Assembly: GCA_016782605.1 (NCBI GenBank)
Contig: JADHYE010000001.1
Coordinates: 11,128 to 75,127 of the forward strand
Length of the DNA stretch: 64,000 nt
Direction of reading: 5' to 3'
From: Minisyncoccota bacterium
GTDB taxonomy: Bacteria; Patescibacteriota; Minisyncoccia; Minisyncoccales; RBG-13-42-11
Shown here piece after piece: positions 1 to 9,776 of this stretch. Each line of letters begins with the position of its first letter. The first letter of the stretch is position 1. The notes under the pieces were generated by a model that was given only the letters and a program-made list of their open reading frames with translations, was not told the DNA's origin and ran no database searches. Both the position numbers and the translations under genes were made by a program.

Positions 1-50
1 TTTCCGGGAAACTGGCAGAAAACGACATAATCGTAATCCTGAGCAAAGAG

Positions 51-1616
51 ATGGCTGACGCTTTCTTAAAAGAAAATCTTTTAAGCAAAATAGCAGCTAT
101 TTTCCCCTTCAGCCAAAGAAAGCTCAAAGAGGCCTTAAACGAAAAAAAAGAGCAATTAACCAAAACTTCCGGCCTCTGCCTGCTGATCGCCCTGACCAAA
201 CAAACAAGCTCAAAAGAAAAAGAAATGATGGCTGGAAAGAAAAGCTTCAAAATGTTTTCTCTGGTCAAAGAGGTCTCCGTCCTCTTTTCCCGCTTCGCTT
301 CCATAGGAAACTCAGCTAAAGAAGTTTTTAATCGCCGAGCTTTTATTCGTAAAAGCGAAGGCAAAGAAGAGATTTATCTCTTCGCTCCCCTGCTCAAACT
401 GGTCAAAAAAGCAAAGCTTCCAAAGCCTTCCTTCAGAATAAAAATACCTTTCAGAAAACCGCAGATAAAAATAGCAAAACTTAAATTATCTCTGCCGAAA
501 ATAAAAGTGCCGAATTTCAGCAAAAAAATAATCCTGATTTTAGCCTTAATCGCCTTCCTGGCTTTGGGCTTCTTCATTTTCCAAAATGAAGAAGAAAATG
601 ACATCCAAGAATACCAAAAACAGCTCAACCAGATTCAAGAAAAAATACACCAGGCAGAATCGTATCTGATTATCGCTGATTTCAATCCGCAGGCCAAAGA
701 AAACGCCAATAACATATATAAAGAGATCTGGGACGAGCTTTCCTCCCTGGAAAATATTTCATTGAATTTGCCCAAAACTGTCGCCAGCCAAGTCCAAGTT
801 TTAAGAAACACGGTTTCAGAAGATCTTTCTAAGTTGAACAATTTCGTACAAATACCAAAGCCAGAAGAAGTTTTTAAGTTTGAAGCGAAAACATTCATTC
901 CCCAGAAAATGATTTCATTTAACAATGAAATATATTGTTTCAGCTCTTTATCGAAAAACATACTTAAAATAAACCAGGAAAACAAAGACGAAATCCTGCA
1001 AATCAACGAGAAAATAAAATCAGCAACCCTGCTCTCAGATTCAATACTTTTTTTCTCAAAACCGAACAAACTAATTAATCTGAAAAACAGCCAATTCAGC
1101 GAAGCAATATTCCTTAAAGAGCCTTCAAATGACTTTGACTTTAACGCTTTGTCCTCTTTTCGCTCAAGCCTTTACTTTCTGGAAACCAAAAGCAATTCGA
1201 TTATAAGGTACCCTTTCTCCCAAGATCTAAGCTGGGGGAATCCTGAAGCCTGGATTTCTCCGGAAACAAAAACTGCTGTTGAGTTCAAATCAATAGCAGT
1301 TGACGGTTCTGTTTGGATTTTAACGAAGGAAAACACGATTGAAAGGTACTACAACGGCAAACTGCAAGAGACGATAAATATACAAACTTTTCCTTTCGTA
1401 AAAAACCTTTCAAAAATATTCACTTCCAACCAGCTCCAATATTTATATATCCTGGAGCCGGAGCAAAAAAGAATAATCATCTTAAATAAATCAGGACAAA
1501 CAATCAGACAATACCAAAGCGACAAATTCGACAATCTCTTGGACTTTTCAATTTCCCAAGACGGAAAAACAATCTGGCTTTTAAATGGCTTAACGCTTTA
1601 TAAACTAAATCTCTAA
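51..1616 (+). CDS. hypothetical membrane-anchored protein
   Basis: 521-aa ORF. One hydrophobic helix (KKIILILALIAFLALGFFIF). The C-terminal half has repeated strand-like segments. No family recognised. Confidence 0.5.
   Translation: MADAFLKENLLSKIAAIFPFSQRKLKEALNEKKEQLTKTSGLCLLIALTKQTSSKEKEMMAGKKSFKMFSLVKEVSVLFSRFASIGNSAKEVFNRRAFIRKSEGKEEIYLFAPLLKLVKKAKLPKPSFRIKIPFRKPQIKIAKLKLSLPKIKVPNFSKKIILILALIAFLALGFFIFQNEEENDIQEYQKQLNQIQEKIHQAESYLIIADFNPQAKENANNIYKEIWDELSSLENISLNLPKTVASQVQVLRNTVSEDLSKLNNFVQIPKPEEVFKFEAKTFIPQKMISFNNEIYCFSSLSKNILKINQENKDEILQINEKIKSATLLSDSILFFSKPNKLINLKNSQFSEAIFLKEPSNDFDFNALSSFRSSLYFLETKSNSIIRYPFSQDLSWGNPEAWISPETKTAVEFKSIAVDGSVWILTKENTIERYYNGKLQETINIQTFPFVKNLSKIFTSNQLQYLYILEPEQKRIIILNKSGQTIRQYQSDKFDNLLDFSISQDGKTIWLLNGLTLYKLNL
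354..388. repeat. short palindrome module (CGAAGG..GAAGAG-ATTTAT-CTCTTCG) lying in frame inside the 51-1616 ORF
   Basis: gcgaaggcaaagaagagatttatctcttcgctcc encodes ..SEGKEEIYLFAP... The same module occurs intergenically at 10881-10907, with relatives at 15161-15191 and 63936-63966. Confidence 0.5.
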
Positions 1617-1620
1617 AAGA

Positions 1621-1657
1621 AAAAGGGTGGCCGGAAAAAGACACCAGCCACCCTAAA
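1621..1657 (-). terminator. intrinsic terminator-like hairpin downstream of the 1739-2383 gene
   Basis: Minus strand reads GGGTGGCTGG-loop-CCGGCCACCC followed by TTTTTCTTTT. Confidence 0.55.
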
Positions 1658-1738
1658 TAGATTCACAGGTGTTGACTAGAGTTAGCCATTTTTAAGCCAA
1701 TGGCTATATGGACGACCGTCGAGAGCGATGAACGCTCT

Positions 1739-2383
1739 TCAAGTTGCGCGTAGATGCGACAACAGTAACGGCGCCGACATAGACGATCTGGCTATTACTT
1801 CGGAAATACCATCAAATGTAATGCAATTACCAGAACAGGCTATAACTTCATGGCTTAAACTCTCACGGAAAAACATACCCGCGACAAATGCGCAGTCAAC
1901 CGAAACATCAGGGTGAAGCAGCCCGTGGCTTGTTGTTGTAGTAAGGCCGGGGCTGAACATTGGTGAATTGTCATGCATGGCAGAAGCCAGGTAGAGGGCA
2001 ACAAAATCGGCAGAAACGTTATCTGAATTCGCCGTAAGTCCTTGCTGCCCAATGGATACTCCTCCTTGCGTCATAGGCCGGAACACTGCAGCTCCCAGGG
2101 AGTCGGCTGTCGAACCGAATTGTATATAGTTTATGGAGCCGGAAAGCAAAACACCAGCGAGGTTCCTGCTTGACATATTTGATACCGACGGTGTGTAAGC
2201 GGAACCCAGGCCGTCAACAGGAATAGTGGCTACTGTCGGCCCACCATAGTCAGTTGGAACCATTTCGGGCGCGGCCGCTACCAGCCTTGGAGCAGCCATC
2301 GTCACGCATATGACGAAAACCAGAACAAGAATGCATACGAGAGACAATATTTTTCTCACTATGCTTATGACCCCCTTTTTCAT
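1739..2383 (-). CDS. hypothetical secreted or membrane-anchored protein, compositionally atypical (GC-richer)
   Basis: 214-aa ORF with a signal-peptide/TM-like N-terminus (ILSLVCILVLVFVICVTMAAP). A hand count of 1741-1800 gives 30/60 G+C, against 20/60 at 421-480. No family recognised. Confidence 0.4.
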   Translation of the reverse strand: MKKGVISIVRKILSLVCILVLVFVICVTMAAPRLVAAAPEMVPTDYGGPTVATIPVDGLGSAYTPSVSNMSSRNLAGVLLSGSINYIQFGSTADSLGAAVFRPMTQGGVSIGQQGLTANSDNVSADFVALYLASAMHDNSPMFSPGLTTTTSHGLLHPDVSVDCAFVAGMFFRESLSHEVIACSGNCITFDGISEVIARSSMSAPLLLSHLRAT

Positions 2384-2536
2384 TTTTTCAGTCTCTTCCT
2401 GAAAGTCAGTATTACTTTTCTATATAATCACCCCCTTTTGTGAATCATTATGAAGTTGACAAAGCCAAAATTAGGCTACTAATTATATACATACGCTTAA
2501 ATAAAGCTATTGTCAATAGAAATTGTGGAAAAATAA

Positions 2537-2572
2537 ATTAAAAACAGCGCCTCTCAAAAAGCGCTGTTTCTA
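2537..2572 (-). terminator. intrinsic terminator after rplL
   Basis: Minus strand reads AAACAGCGC-TTTTTGAGAG-GCGCTGTTT followed by a T-run. Confidence 0.7.
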
Positions 2573-2585
2573 ATTCAAAGATAAT

Positions 2586-3002
2586 TTATTTCAATTCCAC
2601 TTTAGCTCCGGCCTCTTCAAACTTTTTCTTTAGTTCGTCAGCTTCTTCTTTCTTAGCATTCTCTTTGACTACCTGAGGGCCGGAAGCAGCTGCGTCAACC
2701 AGATCTTTAGCTTCTTTCAGTCCTTTCTGAGTGGCATCTCTGACAACTTTTATCACTTCAATCTTCTTTTCGCCGACAGCCGTTAAAACAACGTTGAACT
2801 CGCTCTTTTCTTCTTCTGCAGCTACGCCGGGAGCGGCAGCAACAGGAACAACAGCAACGGGAGCTAAAGCTGATACTCCAAACTTCTTTTCCAAAATCTT
2901 AACCAATTCAGCCAAGTCCAAAACAGACATCTTTTCAATTTCTTCAACTAGTTTTTTAAACTTTTCAGGAATCTTTACTTCTTTTTTTGTTTCTTCTGCC
3001 AT
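2586..3002 (-). CDS. rplL: 50S ribosomal protein L7/L12
   Basis: 138 aa. N-terminal dimerisation helix, Ala/Pro/Val hinge, and C-terminal domain ending ...[10 protein letters not shown]. Directly downstream of rplJ. Confidence 0.95.
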   Translation of the reverse strand: MAEETKKEVKIPEKFKKLVEEIEKMSVLDLAELVKILEKKFGVSALAPVAVVPVAAAPGVAAEEEKSEFNVVLTAVGEKKIEVIKVVRDATQKGLKEAKDLVDAAASGPQVVKENAKKEEADELKKKFEEAGAKVELK

Positions 3003-3074
3003 ATTATTTGTCGATGAAGTTTCCCCCTTCGGGGTTTGCCTTCATCTTCACTTTCGTTTTTGCTCTGCAAAAAC

Positions 3075-3587
3075 TTAGTTTTTAATTATAGTTAATAAAT
3101 ATACCAGACCTTTAAGATTATATTGCAAAGAATATACAAGGTTTGAAACCGGAGCAGAAATGCTGCCCACCAGTTTTGCCAGAAGCTCTGGCTTTGTCGG
3201 AAGCTGAGCCAAAGCAATTATGTCCTCTTTATCTTTAAATGATCCTTCAACAAATCCGCCCAAAATCTTCAAATTCTCATTAGCCAACCCTGACTGATAA
3301 ACTGTTTTTGCCGGCATTATTTCGTCTTCAAATCCGAAAACCAAACCTATTTCCTCTTTGTATTTGTTCTTGTTAAAATCCAGCTTCTTTTCCTTTAAAG
3401 CTTTTTCTATCAATGTTTTCTTAGCTACCTGCAAATTACCTCCAATCTCTTTCAGTTTCTTCCTTAAATCAGACATATCTTTCACTTTTAAACCGGCAAT
3501 GCTAATAAAAATCATTGCTTTCTGCTTGGCAATTTTATCTTTCAAATCTTCAAGTATTTTTTGTTTTTGCAGTTTGGTTTGAGCCAT
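3075..3587 (-). CDS. rplJ: 50S ribosomal protein L10
   Basis: 170 aa with L10-like sequence (MAQTKLQKQKILEDLKDKI...), immediately upstream of rplL. Confidence 0.9.
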   Translation of the reverse strand: MAQTKLQKQKILEDLKDKIAKQKAMIFISIAGLKVKDMSDLRKKLKEIGGNLQVAKKTLIEKALKEKKLDFNKNKYKEEIGLVFGFEDEIMPAKTVYQSGLANENLKILGGFVEGSFKDKEDIIALAQLPTKPELLAKLVGSISAPVSNLVYSLQYNLKGLVYLLTIIKN

Positions 3588-3850
3588 AGTGGTAATACTT
3601 AATTAATCGCGGCACGCGTCGCTTACGCTCCGCTAACACCGCTCTTTAGAAGACGAACGCAGTGAGGCGGGAAAAGAGATTTATCTCTTTGACCACTCTC
3701 GGTGCTCAATGAAGCTAAAGCTTCATTCCCCTTTCCGACATGGAATGGTTCTACTGAAACAAAAATGTCTGCTTTCCGCAGACAAAAATCAAGAAAAACT
3801 TAAAACTTTTCCTCGGCGGGTCTTATGGACGCCCACTGTCTGCGGATAAT
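3588..3850 (-). repeat. composite structured leader repeat F1, directly upstream of the rplJ ATG
   Basis: Shares the start-proximal block GCCGCGAyyTAATTArGTATTACCAyTATG and ..AAAGAGCGG.. with 33576-33870 and 57643-57794. Shares an 89-nt block (3639-3727) with 33651-33739. Confidence 0.6.
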
Positions 3851-3934
3851 ACTAATTTATTATATATCCAGAATCTTGTCAAGTGTTTCAAAAAGAGTAA
3901 GGGATCCGGTATTAAGGGCTCCCTTATGATAAAC

Positions 3935-3943
3935 ATTATACCA
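3935..3943 (-). promoter_or_regulatory. extended -10 promoter element (TGGTATAAT), candidate rplJ-rplL promoter
   Basis: Minus strand reads CCTGGTATAATG. The -35 is weak. It would give a leader of about 340 nt. Confidence 0.35.
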
Positions 3944-3992
3944 GGCATCTTTTAGTGACCTAATAATACGTATTTTAGAATTTTTGTCAAGG

Positions 3993-5021
3993 TTATTTGA
4001 AATACTTTACCTTAGCCGTATTGTGTTCGTCCAAGGTTTTGCTAAAAATAGTTTCTCCTTCCCTGGTGGAAAGATAATACCAGTAATCGCTATCTTGAAG
4101 ATAAACAGCAGCGATAATGCTTTCAAGTCCAGGATTACAAATCGGACCCAAGGGAAGCCCTTTGTATTTGTAAGTATTGTAGGGAGAATCAATTTCTGTA
4201 CCAGAAGCGATCTCTGATCTCATTTCGTCAAACGTCCAGTTTTCTTTTCCTAAGATATAAGCAATGGTGGCGCAGCTGCGCAAGGGTTCGCTATTCTCAA
4301 TCTTTCCCCAGAAAATGCCAGAAACTATTTTTTTGTCCTCCAAAGTTATTACTTCCTTCTCAAGAATACTAGCCATGGTCACTATTTCAAAAATAGTTTT
4401 GCCTTGTTTCTTAATTTCCTCTCTTAATTCAGAATTCAATTTCTTATCGAAATTAATAAGCATTTTTTCAACAACGCTTTCCATGCTTTCTTTGCTGGTT
4501 TTCTCGTAAGTATCGGGAAAAAGATATCCTTCCAGACTTAAATTCTCAGGCTTATCTCTAAGAAAAGCAAAATCAGCAGAAAAATCTTTTGAAGAAGAAC
4601 CGGTTATCGGAGAACCGACCAATCCAAAAAAATCATCAGCCCCAAATAAACCTTTGCTTTCAAAATAAGAAGCGATATCCCTTAAACTCCATCCTTCAAT
4701 AATAGTGATCTTTTCCTTTATGACATTGCCGGAAAAAAGCTTGTCAGCAATCTGAGGCATATTCATTGAAGGAGACAAAATATATTCTCCTGCTTTTAAA
4801 TAAGAAGCCATTCCCACAGTCAAAACATAAACCCGGAAAACAGGAGACCACCTTATCAATCCCTGATTTTCCAAATTCAAGCCGATGTCCCTTGAACCCT
4901 GACCCTTTTCCACGCTGAAAATAACTTCTTTTTCAGAATTCTGTTCTACGGGCAAAATAACCAGCCAGGAAGCAATCAGAACAATAATAACGACAATAAT
5001 TAAAATTAAAGATTTTTTCAC
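3993..5021 (-). CDS. mltG: endolytic murein transglycosylase, YceG/MltG family
   Basis: N-terminal TM helix followed by a YceG-like domain. The ORF-track start (5033, TTG) lies inside repeat A1. GTG at 5021-5019 gives MKKSLILII.... Confidence 0.8.
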   Translation of the reverse strand: MKKSLILIIVVIIVLIASWLVILPVEQNSEKEVIFSVEKGQGSRDIGLNLENQGLIRWSPVFRVYVLTVGMASYLKAGEYILSPSMNMPQIADKLFSGNVIKEKITIIEGWSLRDIASYFESKGLFGADDFFGLVGSPITGSSSKDFSADFAFLRDKPENLSLEGYLFPDTYEKTSKESMESVVEKMLINFDKKLNSELREEIKKQGKTIFEIVTMASILEKEVITLEDKKIVSGIFWGKIENSEPLRSCATIAYILGKENWTFDEMRSEIASGTEIDSPYNTYKYKGLPLGPICNPGLESIIAAVYLQDSDYWYYLSTREGETIFSKTLDEHNTAKVKYFK

Positions 5022-5152
5022 CCCGTATATCAACCTCCAAGCATTTTCAATGCGAAAATATCCTGAAGGCTGTCTTTATTTAATAATATATTCAACATAA
5101 TAACTTTGTTTGAGATTTTAATACGAAGTATTCTGGAAGTTGTATTACGGGG
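5021..5152 (-). mobile_element. family A hairpin (MITE-like) element, copy A1
   Basis: 132 bp. Arms are ccccgtatatcaacctccaag / ctggaagttgtattacgggg. Flanking direct repeat ttca at 5017-5020 and 5153-5156 (TGAA in gene sense). Lies between the pcm stop and the mltG start. Confidence 0.7.
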
Positions 5153-5153
5153 T

Positions 5154-5789
5154 TCATTTTTTCAATAAAGGAACGAAAATAAACCCTGGATGTTCTTTTT
5201 CTTCAAAATCAGTTTCGTTCTTTTTAATTAAAAGCCAGATTGAAGAATCAACCGGAGCAACAATCCTGCCTCCGATTTTCAGCTGCTTTTTCCAAGAATC
5301 GGGAATATTAACAGCACTAGCAGATGCTAAAATCTTGTCAAACCCTTCGACAAACTCAGGGTGAGAGGAGATATTGGGATAACCGTTGTTTCCGTCAAGA
5401 CAGAAAAACTGAACAATCCCCTTTTTAACGAAATTATATTTTGAAACGTTTTTCTCGCCAAAGTCCTTCAATTCCTGGATTATATCAAGGGAAATAACCT
5501 TTCCTTTTTTACCGACAATTTCAGCTAACAAAGCGCTGGTCCAGCCAGAGCCTGAACCAACATCCAAAACCTTATCCCCTTCATGCAAATCCAGCAATTC
5601 CATCATAAAAGCAACAACCAAAGGCTGAGAAATGGTCTGGCCGAATCCTATAGGCAAAGCCTCGTTGATCTCTGCTAAATTCTTTGAGTCTTCCGGCAAA
5701 AAATCGCTTCTCTTTATTTTTTTAAAAGCTTCTATCACTTTCGGCGTTTTCAGCCAGTTATCTTTAATTAGCTCTTCAATAAGCGGCAT
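5154..5789 (-). CDS. pcm: protein-L-isoaspartate O-methyltransferase
   Basis: 211 aa with a SAM-binding motif (VLDVGSGSGW) and a GQTISQP motif typical of Pcm. Confidence 0.85.
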   Translation of the reverse strand: MPLIEELIKDNWLKTPKVIEAFKKIKRSDFLPEDSKNLAEINEALPIGFGQTISQPLVVAFMMELLDLHEGDKVLDVGSGSGWTSALLAEIVGKKGKVISLDIIQELKDFGEKNVSKYNFVKKGIVQFFCLDGNNGYPNISSHPEFVEGFDKILASASAVNIPDSWKKQLKIGGRIVAPVDSSIWLLIKKNETDFEEKEHPGFIFVPLLKK

Positions 5790-5790
5790 A

Positions 5791-5860
5791 CTAGGTAGTA
5801 GAAATTCGACAAATTTATTTTTCTTTGCTGCCAGGCAGCAGTCGAATTTTCACTACCTGG
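5791..5860 (-). mobile_element. family B hairpin (MITE-like) element, copy B1
   Basis: 70 bp. Arms are ctaggtagtagaaattcgac / gtcgaattttcactacctgg. Flanked by cata at 5787-5790 and 5861-5864 (TATG in gene sense). 5789-5787 is the pcm ATG. Confidence 0.7.
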
Positions 5861-6312
5861 CATAGTTTTTGTGGTAAACTCATTTTATCAATAAATAGTA
5901 TTCCGTCCAAGTGGTCAATCTCGTGCTGGAAAACCCTGGCTGACAATCCATCAACTTTCATTTTGATTTTTTCCCCCTGCAGATTAAGAAACTCCAGTTC
6001 CACTTCCTTAGCTCTTTTAATCTTTAAAAACAAACCAGGAAAACTCAAGCATCCCTCTTCCATGACTTCTGTCTTTCTGCTTTTCCGCACGATCTTTGGA
6101 TTTATGAAAACTTGCGACTTTCCTTCAAAAAAAGCAGCGATTATGCTTTTTGATTCGCCGATCTGAGAAGCAGCCAATCCAATGCCGTCTTTTTCCATCA
6201 TTATCTTTTTCATTTCTTCGGCCAATATCTTCACCTCCTCGGTTATCTCCTTGATCGCAGAAGATTTCTTTCTCAGTATTGGATTTGGATATTCTAATAT
6301 TTGCTTACTCAT
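5815..6312 (-). CDS. def: peptide deformylase
   Basis: EGCLSFPG and QHEIDHLDG metal-site motifs. The last ~15 codons (CQVVKIRLLPGSKEK*) and the stop codon are encoded by element B1. Confidence 0.9.
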   Translation of the reverse strand: MSKQILEYPNPILRKKSSAIKEITEEVKILAEEMKKIMMEKDGIGLAASQIGESKSIIAAFFEGKSQVFINPKIVRKSRKTEVMEEGCLSFPGLFLKIKRAKEVELEFLNLQGEKIKMKVDGLSARVFQHEIDHLDGILFIDKMSLPQKLCQVVKIRLLPGSKEK

Positions 6313-7534
6313 GTCTTCTTAATGCATCAACTGGTTTTAATTTAGCAGCTGTCCTGGCCGGCAGAACTCCGGAAACGCAACCGATAATAAAAGAAAAAAC
6401 CAAGCCGAAAACAACCAAACCGAGGTTTACCGAAGCAGTAAAATAGAAAACAGGATGCACCTGTCCATAGAATTCAATACCTTTGGCCAGTAAGGAACCG
6501 AGCAGAGTGCCGCCTATCCCTCCAATTAAACCGACAATGCCCGCTTCAAAAAGAAATATCAAAAGGATAGCTGAGTTTTTCGCTCCAATTGCCTTCATGA
6601 TACCTATTTCTTTAGTCCTTTCTCTGACCGAAGTAAACATGCTGTTAGTAATTCCGATGCCCCCGACAATAATGGCAATGCTGGCAAAAGCAAAAATGAC
6701 CATCTGAATTATGCCCAAAATATTGCCGGCTATCGCCCCCATTTTTTCGGAAGTGATAACGGAAAAATCAGCCTCGTCGGTTCCTGACCTTCTCTTTCTT
6801 GTTTCGCTTAAGGCTTCTTCAATTTTTTGAGCCACGACATTCTCATCCACTCCGTCTTCAAGCTTAACCATGGCATAAGCAGCAGTGCCCCGCTTTTCTC
6901 CGGTAACGTCCTGGTAGACTTTCATATCCATATATACCATACTGTCGTCCTGCTTGCTGCCCAAGGAATCGAGCACTCCTGCCACCTGGAATTTTCTTCC
7001 CTTTATCGTTATTTCCGAACCGGCTTTCACTTCCTTTGAGAAAATTTCAGTGGCCACCTGGGAACCGATTAAAACTTCGTTTCCTTTGCTCGGCCACCTT
7101 CCTTCGGTCAAACTCCAGCCCTGAAAAATGCTCAAAATATCCAAACCTTCCTTCCACGGATCATAGCCGGCGATGGCTATTTGCTTTGATTCTTCCTTAA
7201 ACCTGGCAATAGCTCCGGTATAAGAAAATCCCAAAACCTTGTCTACGCCTTCTGCTTTTTTAATCGCTTCAATGTCTTCTTTCTGCAGCTTTGCGCCACC
7301 GAACATCATGGACGTAAGAAGATCTTCATCGCTGCCCGGCATAACCATAACCATTTCTCCGCCCATGGCCTGCAGCTGCTGGTTTATCGTTGATTTCAAT
7401 CCTTCTGACAGAGAAAGCAGGGAAATTATTAAAAAAACGCCAATGACAATGCCTAAAATAGTAAGAAAACTTCTCAATGACCTTGTTCTGATATTTCTGA
7501 CGGCAATATTAAAATATTCTTTTAATTCTTCCAT
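6305..7534 (-). CDS. ABC transporter permease, MacB/FtsX type
   Basis: 409 aa. N-terminal TM helix, large extracytoplasmic domain, three C-terminal TM helices. Overlaps the neighbouring ATPase gene. Confidence 0.85.
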   Translation of the reverse strand: MEELKEYFNIAVRNIRTRSLRSFLTILGIVIGVFLIISLLSLSEGLKSTINQQLQAMGGEMVMVMPGSDEDLLTSMMFGGAKLQKEDIEAIKKAEGVDKVLGFSYTGAIARFKEESKQIAIAGYDPWKEGLDILSIFQGWSLTEGRWPSKGNEVLIGSQVATEIFSKEVKAGSEITIKGRKFQVAGVLDSLGSKQDDSMVYMDMKVYQDVTGEKRGTAAYAMVKLEDGVDENVVAQKIEEALSETRKRRSGTDEADFSVITSEKMGAIAGNILGIIQMVIFAFASIAIIVGGIGITNSMFTSVRERTKEIGIMKAIGAKNSAILLIFLFEAGIVGLIGGIGGTLLGSLLAKGIEFYGQVHPVFYFTASVNLGLVVFGLVFSFIIGCVSGVLPARTAAKLKPVDALRRHE

Positions 7535-8235
7535 AAATAGTCTTTGGCAGTGGAATGGTTTTCAACTATCATGCCGTCTTCAATGTTTACTACCTGTTCG
7601 GCATAATTGGCGATCTTTGCATCATGGGTGACTACGACAACGGTCTTGCCCTCATTCTTGTGAAAATCGGTCAGCACTTCCATTATCTTTTCCCCGGTAA
7701 CAGAATCCAAATTTCCCGTCGGCTCGTCAGCGATAATCACTTCGGGATGATTGGCAAAAGCCCTGGCAATAGCCACTCTCTGGCGTTCGCCTCCGGAAAG
7801 CTCTCCTGGCCCATGGAAAATCCTATCCTCCAAATCAACGGAAACTAAAATGTCTTTTGCCCTCTTTTTTCTTTCTTCCTGGGCTATACCCTGAAAAGTC
7901 ATGGGTAGCATTACGTTTTCAATAGCTGAAAGATTAGAAAGTAAATTGAATTCCTGAAAAATAAAACCGAGTATCTTACCACGAAATTGAGCCAGTTGGC
8001 TTTCTGCCATTAAAGAAATGTCTTTGCCTTTTAAAAAAACTTTTCCCTTTGTCGGCGAATCCAAACAGCCGATAATATTTAAAAGAGTTGATTTGCCCGA
8101 GCCCGAAGACCCCATAATCGCCACAAAAGCGCCTGGAAAAATTTCCAGGCTCAATCCTCTTAAAGCGTGAACTTCTGTCTTTCCTAATTCGTAAGTTCTC
8201 CAGACATTATCCAGTTTAATAATTGGCTCTGCCAT
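7522..8235 (-). CDS. ABC transporter ATP-binding protein (MacB/LolD-like)
   Basis: Walker A GSSGSGKST, signature LSGGERQR, Walker B IIADEPTGNLD. Confidence 0.9.
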   Translation of the reverse strand: MAEPIIKLDNVWRTYELGKTEVHALRGLSLEIFPGAFVAIMGSSGSGKSTLLNIIGCLDSPTKGKVFLKGKDISLMAESQLAQFRGKILGFIFQEFNLLSNLSAIENVMLPMTFQGIAQEERKKRAKDILVSVDLEDRIFHGPGELSGGERQRVAIARAFANHPEVIIADEPTGNLDSVTGEKIMEVLTDFHKNEGKTVVVVTHDAKIANYAEQVVNIEDGMIVENHSTAKDYLWKN

Positions 8236-9776
8236 TATCTTAAAATTACTTTTTCTCCCTGCTCCAAACCAGAAACAATCTCCACCATATCATTACTACC
8301 TTTTAACCCGACTTCAATATCTTTTTCCTGAACGTTTCCGTCAACAAGAATTTCAACAAAATCTCTGGAATCCCTCGTACGGATTGCATCCTCAGGAAGA
8401 ATCAAAACATTGTCTTTTGTTTGGGCTTTAATGACAATATCAGCTGACATGCCAGACCTTATGCCTTCTGGAGTATCTTCAAATCCAATAATCGTCTCGT
8501 AATAAACCACTCCGTCAACTATTTTCTCCGCCGGGCTTATTAAAATAATCTTTCCTGTAAAAGTTTTTCCAGAAAAAGCAACCAAAGAAATATCAACAGA
8601 ATTACCGACAGCAATCTTAACCACGTCTTCTTCGTAAATATCTACTTTTATCTCGTAGGAAGCTGTTGGCAAAAGCACTATTACCGCTTCCTGTGAACCT
8701 GCTTGCGCTGACTCGCCTTCATTTTTATTTATCTCAGCAATCTTTCCTTCTACCGGACTGATAATCTTTGACTGCTCAATCTCGTTCTGATAAAGCTGCA
8801 CTTTAGTCAAAGCCTGCTTTACCTGGGTTGAATATAAATCAACGTCTACTTGTTTAGGATCGCCCGCCACCAGATCAAAATTATTCTCTGCTTCCTGGAG
8901 ACTTGCTCTCATCGTTTCAACGCCGGCTTCTGCAGAATAGATTGCCTGCTGATTGGTAATGATACTAGCTAAAGCAGTGTTAATATTTGTTTTTAAAGTA
9001 TCCAAAGAAGCTCTGTCAGCTGCTGAAACCTTGCTTTTATAAACAGGGGCTGTATCAACGACAGAACGTATTGTTTCTAGATGCAAAAATGTCTTCTCAA
9101 GATAATCTTTCATTATGGCCAAAGAAGCTTTGATATTTTCATTGGTCGGATTGGCTGCTAACGCATCTAAATTGCTTTCTGTCGCTTTTTCTACGCTTTC
9201 TATAGTATCCCTGGCTATCATTATTTTTCCGGCATCTGAATCAAAAGTACCAACATAACTGATGACAAACTGCTTCACAAAAACCAAAGCATTGTAAATG
9301 GAAGGATAAGAACTGTCCAAAACAGTCATGGCTGTCTGAAAGCTTTGCTGCAGATCATCTTGAGAGTTTTTAAAGGCAATTTGGGCGTTGTTAAGTTGTG
9401 CCTGGGAGATTTTAACTTCTTCAGTGCTAGCTCCTTCCAGCAGCTTTGTCAGATTTAACTGAGCTATCTCATAAGCAGCTCTCGCTTCCTGAAGCTGAAT
9501 ATTAATATCAGCTGTATCCAATATAGCCAATTCTTGTCCGGCCTGCACTTCATCGCCCACAGCAACATAAATCTTTTCAATTTTCCCGGTATTGCCGAAA
9601 TTAAGACTCAGCTTCTCTCCCTTTTCTACCTGTCCTGTTTCAAAAATCTCCTGACTGACGGTTCCTAAGGTTACTTCAACCAAATTAAACTCAGGCTTCT
9701 TTTCTTTCAAGAAAACCTGATAAACGAAAACTACTAGAACGATTACTGCGCCGATTATTAATATTTGTCTTTTCAT
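8235..9776 (-). CDS. HlyD/MacA-family periplasmic adaptor protein
   Basis: 513 aa. N-terminal TM helix, long coiled-coil region, C-terminal beta-barrel-like region. Forms an operon with the MacB-like pair. Confidence 0.7.
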   Translation of the reverse strand: MKRQILIIGAVIVLVVFVYQVFLKEKKPEFNLVEVTLGTVSQEIFETGQVEKGEKLSLNFGNTGKIEKIYVAVGDEVQAGQELAILDTADINIQLQEARAAYEIAQLNLTKLLEGASTEEVKISQAQLNNAQIAFKNSQDDLQQSFQTAMTVLDSSYPSIYNALVFVKQFVISYVGTFDSDAGKIMIARDTIESVEKATESNLDALAANPTNENIKASLAIMKDYLEKTFLHLETIRSVVDTAPVYKSKVSAADRASLDTLKTNINTALASIITNQQAIYSAEAGVETMRASLQEAENNFDLVAGDPKQVDVDLYSTQVKQALTKVQLYQNEIEQSKIISPVEGKIAEINKNEGESAQAGSQEAVIVLLPTASYEIKVDIYEEDVVKIAVGNSVDISLVAFSGKTFTGKIILISPAEKIVDGVVYYETIIGFEDTPEGIRSGMSADIVIKAQTKDNVLILPEDAIRTRDSRDFVEILVDGNVQEKDIEVGLKGSNDMVEIVSGLEQGEKVILR

